From Isurus oxyrinchus (lineage: Eukaryota), in contig JANJGN010000007.1 in assembly GCA_026770705.1 (NCBI GenBank), forward strand, positions 141,980,001 to 142,044,000: a DNA stretch of 64,000 nt, written 5' to 3'. Below, one piece after another: positions 35,468 through 47,400 of this stretch. How positions within the stretch are numbered: the stretch's first letter is position 1; the number at the start of each line of letters is the position of its first letter. Below the pieces are notes generated by a model that did not search any database, was not told the DNA's origin, and saw only the letters and a program-made list of their open reading frames with translations. Made by a program: the position numbers and the translations under genes.

Positions 35468-38400
35468 GTAAGTGGACAATTCCTTCCTCTTTGTTACTAC
35501 AAATAAGGAAGTCAATTTCTTTTTACGTTGTAAAAGTCGGCCTTTATACCAGCATTCAGAGGGAGGTGGAAAGATACACAATTACTCTGATTAAAGTTAT
35601 TTTTGTGAAACAATAAACATAATAATTGGTACATTACAGATTTCCCAAACCAAATGTCTCCCTGAAGGTTTTAAAGTAGTTTTTAAGCTGTACTCTTCAG
35701 GAAATAAAAAGTGGCTGTGACTGCTCCTCTAACCTGTATTGTACATAATATTCTAATTTACCAGTTCTGTTCTTTCCTCACCATCCACAAAAACTTTCTG
35801 GTCTGGTTGGTTTTTTTTGCATAGCTTCAAACAAATTCCAAAATGAACCAGACAAACTGAAAAATATTTACCAAAACAGGCAGCACCAAGCCAATTTAAG
35901 TAATTGTTTTTTAGACTCCAAAAGAGCAGCTATTCAAATATATACTTGAGCCCATCAAAATTGCAGCTGTTGTATCAAAATAAGGTGAAATCATAGAATG
36001 GTTCATGCCAGCTCTGCAAGAATGACTCAGCTAGTCCCACTCCCCCATTGTTTCCCTCTAATCTGCAAAATGCCATGTTTAATAAACTTGTTTGATGCAT
36101 AATGTTATTCTGCCACTTTCCAAAAGACAAGAAGGATGCATAACAAAACCAGAAACTGAAACAAAGGGAAGCAAATTCCTTGATCCGTTTTCATGCCAAA
36201 AATTTACCTCAATATAATTGAACAGCTTTGCACTAACTTTCAATCATTAGATATATACCCTATTGAAATTAGGCTAATGTCTACCATTTAAGTAACTTTC
36301 TTATTCTCGCATGCCCTCTCAATGTGTTTGGAACAAATTGCCTTTCCTTATATTGACCTGGTGATCCATAAGTTTATCTGTTTTGAGCAGCTACCCCATA
36401 TGTTTGAAACAGTCCAATCTACTCACCTCAAACATCTTTCAGACATTCTTCAGATGCGGGACCTTAGTCCACTAAGTTTTCTCTCATTTTGCCCATAAAA
36501 CGGAAGCGATAAGGTCCAATTTCCATTCCACTGTTTTGGGAACTTTTTTTTTATTTGAAAAAGAGAGCCTGAAGTGGTGCGTGCTCAGATTTTTTTGGCG
36601 TGGATGCAGTCCTAGCTAGTGACTGCCACCAAATAGTATATATTTTTTTAAATATTTAATTTGGAACCAAGAATTACGGGAATGTTTGCTCCACAATGCT
36701 CCTAAGCAGCTCTGCTAGCCCACATTTGGCCATCCCCTCTCAGAGCTTATCTTTGGGTTGCTGCCAGTGAGGCAAGTGGCCCACCGTTCATCTTTATCAA
36801 ATGGCTGGAGCATGACAGGTGCCGGCAGCTTGTCCAAACAGTGCTAATGAATCCTGAGGCCAATGCCTGAAAAACTTAAGGCCTAAATGGCTTTCAGCCT
36901 CAGAATTCTTTAAATTTTAAATAGAAATATGGGCCTTGATGTTAACGCCCACATAACAGATGGGAGAGGGTGGGGGAATTAAATACAGAGAATGCAACCC
37001 TAACCTGTTGCACATATGCATGTCACCTTATAGTGGAAGATATCAGAGCATCCAATGTAATTAATGTGTTTAAATTGGGCTCCCACGGTACAATTAGGAG
37101 CCTGATTTGAAATTTACTGTTGTACGGGTTTCCCGGCAACTGAGAAATTCATTAGTGAATGGAAGGATGGATCAGCGACCTCCAAAAGATACAATGGCCC
37201 AGATCTTCCGGCCTCCAGATTGTCAGGGGTCGGACTATGACTCAAGATCACTTGGCTGATTCCTGGAATGAAGGGGTTATCTTATGAGGAAAGTTTGGAC
37301 AGGTTGGGCCTGTATCCATTGGAGTTTAGAAGAATGAGACGCGATCTTATTGAAGCATATAAGATCCTTGCAGGAAATTGCCAGGGTGGATGCTGTGTGG
37401 ATGTTTCCCCTTGTGAGAGAGACTAGAACTAGGGGACAAGTTTAAAAATAAGGGGTGTACCATTTAAGATGGAGAGAGGAAAATGTTTTTCTTTCAGAAT
37501 TTAATTGATTTGTGGAATTCTCTTCCCCAAAGAGCAGTGGGGGTAGGGTCATTGAATATTTTTAAGGCTGAGTTAAATAGATTCTGGATTGAAAGGGAGT
37601 CAAAGGTTATAGGAGGTAGACAGGGAAGTGGAGTTCCTGGAGTTCAGGCCACATTCAGATCAGCCATGATCTAATCAAATGGCAGAGAAGGCTCAAGGGG
37701 TAGAATGGCCTAATCCTGCTCCTAATTCATGTTTGTTAAGTAGATACGTTTCGGGACCCTGCAGATATCCTGATGGGCTGACCTCCGTGGGAATTTCCCT
37801 GGAGGTTTCAACTTCCGATGGGCATTTCCCATGCTCATGGGAGCCTCCCCGAAAGTCTCTGACTCTGAGCTCGAGTTAGAGACTTCGGACAGTTCCGTGG
37901 CACTTAACTGGGTAGTTACCCAGGAAACATTAGACAGAAAAATCCTAGTCTAACTCCTGGTTAACTACAGAACTAACACCCCAATCACTCACACTGACCC
38001 CCCGACCCTCCCCCCCACCAACTACCTTTCCTGATACACAGACTATCTCCCTGACGACTCCCCCCACCCCACCCCACCCCCACTGATTCAATGCAACTAT
38101 TCCCCCTGCTCCTGACTACTCCATGACCTGATCCAACTACCCCCCCCCCAACCACTCAAAAGGGCGTTTGTCTTGTCTACCCCCACCGTTTCATTGCTGC
38201 GATGGAGTTCTCCCAGGGTTGCTATGCTCCATATTTCTGGAGGAGCTGGACCAATGACTCTTTCAGTACTCCTCGCTGCTCATGTTAGCCTTCATCCTCC
38301 CAACTTTGCCCCCTATATTCCAATCCCAGCCTTCCCAATCACAGGCCTCTCTCCCCAATCTGATCACGAACCTCACTCCCCCTCCCAGTTACCAGTTTTT

Positions 38401-41400
38401 CCCCTCCCTGCCCAATCATAGGCCTCTTTCCCCCCCCACCCCCAATCACAAACCTCTCCTAACTCCTGATCATAGACTACTCCTCCCCCAAACTCCCTAC
38501 CCCACTTCATGCCTCTCCAGTTGGCTGGCTACAGGCTGGGAAACAAAAACAAAAGAAAGACTTGCATTTATGTAGCATTTTCACATCCATAGGCTATCTT
38601 AAACTGCTTCAGTGAAGTACTTTTTAAAGGGTAGCTGCTGTTATAATGTAGGAAACAGATTTTTTCAGAAGTGGCTGAGGTGCCCCACATCCCCCCCTCC
38701 CGACTACATTTTGCACGTCCTTGTCATAAAACTGTTGGCCATTTCTCCCCCATGGAATTTTGTTAAATCAAAAAATGATTCCAATTAGTAATTTATGAAC
38801 CATATTTCATGCCTATTTTATTTCAATATGTATTTTTCTTAATGCAGCATCCCTGGAGGTGGTGGTCATCCCGGCTGTCAATGCCACAATTGGTGAAGAT
38901 GTCCTGCTTGGCTGCTCATTTTTGCACACAGATGAGCTTGATTTGAGATACATTGTGATTGAATGGAACCACAGAGTGGGGAATGATGAAAAAGCAGTTT
39001 GCTTGTTCGACTTTGGAGAATTTGAAAGCTATAGACCAGAATCAAGTCTCTCTATAAATGAAATAAGCAAAGCAAATGCTTCTTTACTCCTAAAGAATGT
39101 TACAATTCATGACATTGGATCATACACCTGCATAGTTACAATATTTTCCGATAAAGCAATGGGGAGAGTTACTTTGGCAGTAACAGGTGAGTGAAGGATG
39201 ATACCTGACGTGTAATTCTTCAGGAAGTTTGACTGGAGTTTTTTTTTTAACTATGTTCACTAGAAATGTTAATGGTGTAAATAAGAATTCCAGCTGACTT
39301 CGGGAAGTGTAAAAATGTACTGATGAGATAGGTACAGAGATGTAAATATTGTCAATAATCGGACTCAGTTTGCTGTAAAATAGCAGATAACTTGCCATCA
39401 TCTAACTGAGCAAAAAAAAGTGTCTATGAATTTTGAGATCTATTCACAGACAGTTTTTAATGTACCCATCGATAAGAGGTGATAAGAGAAAAGCACTTCC
39501 AAAATCTGGTTGAATGAATTTTAACTTACCTCAGTGGTGAAGGTACATTTCTGCATACCAAAATATCCACCAAGGTGGACTGTGTGATATGAGAAGCTTT
39601 TGACAAGGTGCTACATCAAAGGTTACTACACAAAATCAGAGCTCATGGTGCCGGCGGTAACATGGTAGCATGGATAGAGGATCGGTTAGCTAACAGGAAA
39701 CAAGAGAGTCAAATGGGTCATTTTGCAAAATGTCAAAAGCGGAGTACCACAGGGATCAGTGCTGGGGCCTCAACTATTTGTAATTTATATCAATGACCTG
39801 GATGAAGGCACCAATGTATGGCTGCTACATTTGCTGATCACTCAAAGACATTTAGGAAAGTTAGTTGTGAAGAGGACATCAGAGCCTGCAAAGGGGCATA
39901 ATTAGGTTAAGTGAGTGGGCAAAGATTTGGCAGGTGGAGTATAATGTGGGAAAATGTGAACTTGTCAACTGTGACAGAAAGAATAGAAAAGCAGCATATT
40001 AAATGGAGAGAGACTGCAGAACTCTGAGGTATAAAGGGATCTGAGCATCCTAGTCTAAGAATCATAAAAAGTTAGTATGCAAGTACAGCAAGCGATTAGG
40101 AAGGCAAATGGAATGTTGTTGTTTATTGTAAGGGAAATAGAGTATTAAAATAGGCATGTTTTGCTACAATTGTAAACAGTGTTGGTGAAACCGCATCTGG
40201 AGTACAGTGTAGAGTTTTGGCCTCCTGATTTAAGGAAGGATATAAATGTGTTAGAAGCAGTTAGGAGAATGTTCAGACAACTGATACCTGGGATGGAAGG
40301 TGTTATGAGGAAATGTTGGACAGGCTGGGCCTATATCCGTTGGCGTTTAGAAGAATGAGAGGTGATATTATTGAAACGCGTAAGATCCTGAGGGGACTTG
40401 ACAGGGTGGATGCTGAAAGGATGCTTCCCTTTGTGGGAGAGACTAGAATTAGGGGACAGACTCTAATAAGGATTTTGTGGTAGCAGCAAATATAGAGCAT
40501 TCGCTTCAGATCTTGATAAAAGCTGTACGCAAAGATCTAGGGGTCTCTGTCGCACAGTTTTCCCCTTTCCCAAAGTTAGTTTGTTGCTGTCATTAAGTAA
40601 AGAAGTCTCAATGCATCCAACAGCAGTGCCATCAAGCAGGGTAAGCAGCCAATCATATTGAAGTATTCTCATAGACAACAAATCAGGTAGCAAAAACCAC
40701 TTCTAATTTTAAAATTTTTACAGGTAGAGAAATAAATGTTAGGGACATTCACATGGGTATGTGTGGGGGTACCAGACGGTGAGGGAATGGGGGTGAAGGG
40801 CAGCTAAACAGGCATAGTCAAAATTAGAGCCAGAACTTTCAGAAGTGAAATAAGGTAACACTTTTTCATGCAAATTGTGGTAGCAGTTTGGAACTCTCTT
40901 ATGCAAACAGTAATTGGTGCTAGATCAGTTGTAAATTTTAAACCTGAGATAGCCCAATTTTTGTTGGCCAAAGGTATTAAGGCATATGGAACAAAGGTGG
41001 GTATATGGAGTTAGGTCTCAGATCAACCATGATCTCATTGAATGGCAGAACAGACTCGAGGAGTTAAATTGTGCATGGCTAACATGATCATGTTGCATTT
41101 TAGAGTGACATCAATAAAGAAAACCAATAAAAGGAATATAATATTTATCCTTATTCCTTTTGTCTTTGTAGCACCTCCTACAGTTTCAGTAAACACTGCA
41201 AACATTGACATTGAACTTGGGGAAGATAAAGCAATCATATGTGAGATGAAAAATTTTTATCCAGAAGACCATTCTGTCTCTTGGTTCAAACGTGGTTCAA
41301 AAGACACTGAAAGCCAAGTTGACGTCACATCAAGAGCAGTTGCAGGATCACCGCAACAAAATCAAGATGGAACATTTAATCTGCTTTCATTCCTAATCAT

Positions 41401-44400
41401 CAAAGGCATCCAAACAGATGAGGGAGCTTGTTATGTCTGCTTAGTTAGTCATGAAGCTTTAAAAGCACCTTTACAAAATGTTGTCAGCTTGACCATCAAG
41501 GGTGAGTAACAGTAAAGGAGAATGGTATCTAATAAATAGTGAGAACCATTTCATTTTTTGATTCTATTATGGTATGAATTATATTTTATTTTCATTTAGG
41601 AAACCTTGGCTTGAGTTTATGAAATTGAGCCACACAAATAGATCATTACAAATAAAAGACATTATTTAGTTGCTACACATGTAAACATCTATTCCTTACA
41701 ATAAATCTTGCCATATTTTAATTGTCCAGTTTTACTTCATCATTCAGTTTGTTCTTTGCTCATTTGTTCTTTGAAAAATGATTTTTTTGTGAATGTTTTT
41801 CACAGCTCCCTGGGATAGCACAGTAGCAATAATGACAAACTTTCATATGAATTTATTAGAAATGTACAGGACAATAAAGTAGTATCAATATTATATCTGA
41901 ATTAAGTGGAATTTCTAAGTGGATTCTGTTGTTCCTAGGTCAAAATGTGCAAGGGAACAGTTTTGCTTACCATTAGAAACAAGAACTTTTTTAATAATTA
42001 TCCTTAGTGAGCATTCAACCAAATAATCTATTTTTTGATCATTCAGCTATCGGCAGATTCAAAAATCTAGTAACATATTTAAGAATCTCTGAATAAAACT
42101 ACTTGTAGATTTTCAATATGGAATGCACACACTCTCCCCTTTGGAGCACAACTCACTCTCCTGAGCCCAGCGAGCTTAGGTTGGCAGAGCCAGAGTTTTG
42201 TTACCGACAAGTGTACACAGAAGTGGCCCTGCAGTTAAAACACACTCACTGACTCCATTTAATTCTGCAAACCAATGGGAAATTTCCCAGCCGCCCCCCC
42301 CCCCCCCCCCCCCCCCAGTGATAAGTCTACCTCATCTAGGATCAAATAGGGAGCCAGGCTGGATGGGGAGTCATTAACATTTCCCTCGGTGCTTAGAATC
42401 CACTTTACTCAGATGCTAGCTTACACATCTGTCACAGAGAATTAAATTAGTTCTGAATTTCTATCGTCACTTGTATCATCTTGGAAGCACCTTGATCCCA
42501 AAGGGATCCAATTACTCCCTCCTCCACAAGTAGATTGTAACTATTTTGTCAATAGACGATTGACAAATACAGGTTATGCTAGGTGCCTAGCAGGTATCAA
42601 GTGTTCCTCAAAATGGTGGTGAGCATCAGAACTGACCATAAAATGTGTAAGTACATTGCCATCATCTTTCTGGCCACAGCATTGGCATACATTATATATC
42701 ATACTATTTCTGGTATAGCTTGAGAGCAACTGTTTGCCTCTCTGCAAACTAGTCATAGTAGGTACTGAGCCCTGGAAAAATGAGATTGTTGTTCCCAATT
42801 GACATCTTCCAACATTAGTCATCTCAAGTCTCAGTTTCCTCATAAGCTACATACATCTGCCTTCAACTTGGTGGAAGAACCAACTTAGGGCAGCTTGTAT
42901 CATGCTGTACATCTTAGTCTTAATTGTCCCAGGTCCCAATTGCTTTGTGTGTATTTGAGGGACTTTATCAAAGAAGTGTGGCAGCAATAGAGTGCCTTAC
43001 CCTCTAAGTTATTCAGTGAGAAATCAGTATAGGATGGAGCATTTTACTTCGAAGCCTCTTTTATCACGAATCCTTGTCATGGTTTGGTCCTGGATCTTTC
43101 ACACAAGCCATAGGAAGCCTTTCTGTTGCATGCCTAGGCGTATAAATATAAATATAAATGTAAGTTTTTAACAATGCTCCCAAAGCTGTTCTTTTACACT
43201 ATATTGTCATCTCATAGTGCTACTTGTCAACATATGACTTATATTTTAATCGCCTTTTCCTGCTTTCAATATCTGCAAAAGGAAGGTCTGGATGCAAACT
43301 AGCTCTTGATCCTTAGGCTAGAAAAGGAGAAGTATTATTTTCTAAACAATTATCAGGTGCAACATATCTTGGGTGCAGAGTGGGTCTGGGTGGGATACTG
43401 GATCAATAAATAATTATCTTCCTATTGACCTCATAATCTAAATGCCAATGCAGGACCAGAAATTGTAAATGAAATAGGAGTTACTGCTTTCAGTTATTCA
43501 CATGATGCTGCTTCATGCTGTACTGCAACTAAATTTAAAGTTGTTTTCTGTTACAAGCACAGTCTTGCTTTTAGCAACACAGAGGAACAGCAGTGAATAA
43601 TCAATAACACATCTTTGGTCTTGCATTTTTATAGGATCCAAGCCAAGAACAAGATCAGGAACATTGCTCACTTTTCTTATGACTTCTGTGATCACAGCAA
43701 CTGTTTGCTTTGCAACATTTATTTTTTACAGCAGTAAAAGAAAAGGTAAATAACTAAGCTTGTTTTTGGGATGTGGGTGACTTTGGCAAAGCTGCATTTA
43801 TTGCCTCTCTCTTGTTGCCCAGAAAAGGCGATGGTGGTCTGTGTCCTTGAGCCACGGAATTTTATGTGGTGGTGATGCTCTCTCAAGATGGAAAATTTCA
43901 GGATATCGACCGAATTCTGTAGAGGCTGTACTTTTTCAAAAGGGAGTCCCGCGGACCAGAAGGATCTGGTGCTGTCAGGTTCAAAATGGGAAGGTCTGAA
44001 AATTTGTTCGCATTGGGTGAAAAGTGTTTGTGCAGAGATGTGTATGTTACCTTCATTTTAGCTGCATGACCACTTTCCTTCAATTAAATGCTGCTAGTCC
44101 TCTAATGTGCTGTCTGCTTTTAGCGGCAAAGCAGTGGCTGCGGCCTGCCTTTTCTACAGGTGCCAAGCAGGCTGCTCCTATCTCCTGGAGACACTCGGCT
44201 TCCTGCCCAATTAAGACATTTGCATTTAAAAATGGCACGTGATAGCGAGATAGCTGAGATTCCGGGTCGAACCCGGAAATTATCCGAGCTTTGGGTTCTT
44301 GAGCCTGCTTTGAAACCCGGCTCTTAGTGCTTCAACCCATATGTCAGCATTTCAGGAGAGAAATCTGCTTTTGTCCAGTGGAATTGATGGTTGCCAACCG

Positions 44401-47400
44401 ATCACAGCAGTTGAAGGGTATTGCCTAGTTTCTATCCAAAGAAAATGGAATACAAAAATAAATTGAAAATGATGAGAAAAGCAGCAGTGCAGCATAGTAT
44501 GAGAATTACATTTTTTTTGTAGAAAAGAGCAACTTGGTGATTCTGCTCCCCTTTGTTTTTCAGTTGCTCCCAAAGTGACGGACATCATTAAACCAAACCA
44601 TCTCCATTTGGCTGATCCCCTCTCTCTGGCTTGTGCAGTTCTCTGGTTCAAACCAAAAGCTATCAACGTTTCTTGGTATAGAGAGGAGGAGGGCAAATTC
44701 CAAAGAGTTCTCATCAGTAAATGGAACAGCACTTCATCTTCCGTAAAACAACGTGGATACAGTGGAGTTGAAGATTATCAGAGTGAGCAGGAACAAGACA
44801 AAACACTGTACTTCACGGAAGGAGAGCATGACATTGCCATAACTTTGAAAAATCACAAAGGAAGTGGAGCATACAGTTTAATGTCTCAGCTCACCTTCAG
44901 AAATGCCAAAGCTACAAAAAGGAAGCTTGTGTATTCTTTTGAAGTTCAGCATGACTCTCTAAAGCACACTATTTCAAAAGTAGTTGTTTTAGAAATCAAA
45001 GGTGAGTTGCTGTTAACCCATTACGTAATAAAATTAGAAAGATATTAGCAGCAGATGAACTGAGGTAGGAGTTGAGTCAATAGATGTTATGTTAGTGGGG
45101 GTACAAGCCTATTTAAAATACTTGAGTTAATGACTTGGTTAAAATAATGGGTAGAGGTATGTCATACAAATGCCTTGTACAGTTCATACGCTAATGTCAC
45201 ACAGCAATATTTAAGATATTTCTGAATGCTTTAAATGCTGCTAACATATCCCTAGTAAAATGAGCAGAAAGTATATTCAGAATATCAAAATATTAACTAC
45301 ATTGCTAAGTTTGCAGTGTTGCTAGCCCTTCTGCTGCTGCCTTTACCAATATTAGCAATCTCATTGTCATGTCCTTTGTCCAAGTAGAAGTTTAGTTGTG
45401 GAAAAGGGGAGATAGTGTGAACAATTTATGCAGAACTACTGAGAAAGATCATGCACTTCAAGTTAGAAAGATTTGAGGATGGTAGATGAGTAGATGTGTG
45501 GCTAACTCATTAGGCTCCTGGAAGCAGATTCTGCCTTTATACATAAATGGAAGTGATTTAGGACTGTATTGCTTATAACGTTACAGAAAGATTCTTTTGC
45601 TAAACTGTTTTTAAAACCAATTTGATCTCAAAATTCCTAAAGCATAATGGTTCTTCCAGAAGCAGGATTTCCAATTGTCCTCAGATCATGGCTCTGTTAT
45701 AAACTGAAGAAAAAGCAAAGCTAAAGAGCGGGATTGGGAAAAGTTGGCTTACTGCAGGCGAGACATGAATCTAATTGCAGGATTAAAATCTGCTGCTGTT
45801 AAAAGGATAATAGCAACATTAGCTGATGCAAGAAATCTGGACAATAACAGTGGCAACCAGATTAAAGAAACCTGTGGTAAATTTCAGGGAACTTGGACCT
45901 CTATGTCTTGCTAATGGAGATATGGGGCAAGAAGGATGCTCTGTTTGGGGTTGGGCCCAGAGTCCTACCAAAATCGTGGTTTGCACTTTGTGCAGGCAGG
46001 TCCTGTGCCATTTCTTTAAACACCAGTGGGTGAGCTTTTCAGCCCCGCCAGCTGGCATATTTTAGGCCAGGTGGCACATAAAATAAGATGGGTGGCTAGC
46101 TCACCACCTTCATTCCCACCCCTGAGCTGTCCCCATATTATCAGGCAGCATACCCACCCTTAGGCCTATGGAAGCCCTTAATTGGCCAATTAGCCCTACT
46201 GACGCCCAAGCCTGTGGTCTCAGATCTATGGGGCTCTGTTCTAAAAATGCTCTGGTTGGATGACCATCACATTCACTTGGAGCCACTGAGGATCACCTTG
46301 GACAACCTGAGACAGATGGCAGGGATCATAGAAAAGTTCAATGGCATTCTTAATGCCAATATCCAAGAAAAATTTGACAGAATGCAGCACTACCTGGAGT
46401 GACCATAAGACATAGGAGCAGAAGTTAGGCCATTCGGCCCATCGAGTCTGCTCCCCCATAATCATGTCTGATAAGTTTCTCAACCCCTTTCACCCACCTT
46501 CTCCCCGTAACCTTTGATCCCCTTACCAATCAAGAACCTATCTATCTCGGTCTTAAATACACTCAATGACCTGGCCCCCACAGCCATCTGTGGCAATGAA
46601 TTCCATAGATTCACCTCTCTCTGGCTAAAGAAGTTTCTTCTCATCTCTGTTCTAAAAGGTCTTCCCTTTACTCTGAGGCTGTGCCCTTGGGTTCTAGTCT
46701 CTCCTACTAATGGAAACATCTTCCCCATGTCCACTCTATCCAGGCCTTTCAGTATTCTGTAAGTTTCAATCAGATCCCCCCTCATCCTTCTAAACTCCAT
46801 CGAGTATAGACCCAGAGTCCTCAAATATTTCTCATATGTTAAGCCTTTCATTCCTGGGATCTTTCTCGTGAACCTCCTCTGGACCCTCTCCAGAGCCAAA
46901 ACATCCTTCCTGAGATACGGGACCCAAAATTGCTCACAATATTCTAAATGAGTGAAGTGTTTTGTTAAGGCTGGTGGAAGTATACCCCTCGTTGGTCATC
47001 TTTTCCAGTGGTGTAGCCATTCTGTAAGCTTCTGTTACTTCCTCTTCCTCCAGCTCCCTTCTGCCCCATTATAAGACCATTTCCAGGAACACCCAAAGCA
47101 AATCACTTGATAAAGGTTCCATGACAGAAGGGTAGGAAGGAAACATTTCCTGCCTAAAGTGCTGAAAATCATTTTGTGCAATCATTTTTATGTTGTCCGA
47201 CTGAGAATAGATTTTTATAATTAATTTAATCAGCGTTGTTGTCTCAGACAGAAACTGTCACTCGGGTAATTCAGTTTGTTTTTCTACCGCTTTGCGCTAA
47301 ATGTAATCCTAGTATAAATGATGGAATTTTTGAGACAGCAGTTTTTGCCCTTATTATCCTATTATTTGCAAACATACAGCACTCTGTGAAAGGGATCATA

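Noticed and set aside
45281-45387. Alternative hydrophobic terminal exon [35 protein letters not shown] in phase after the third Ig exon
   Set aside because: The acceptor lacks a polypyrimidine tract, the helix has internal prolines, and 43635-43745 is a much better TM exon. It cannot be fully excluded without RNA data.
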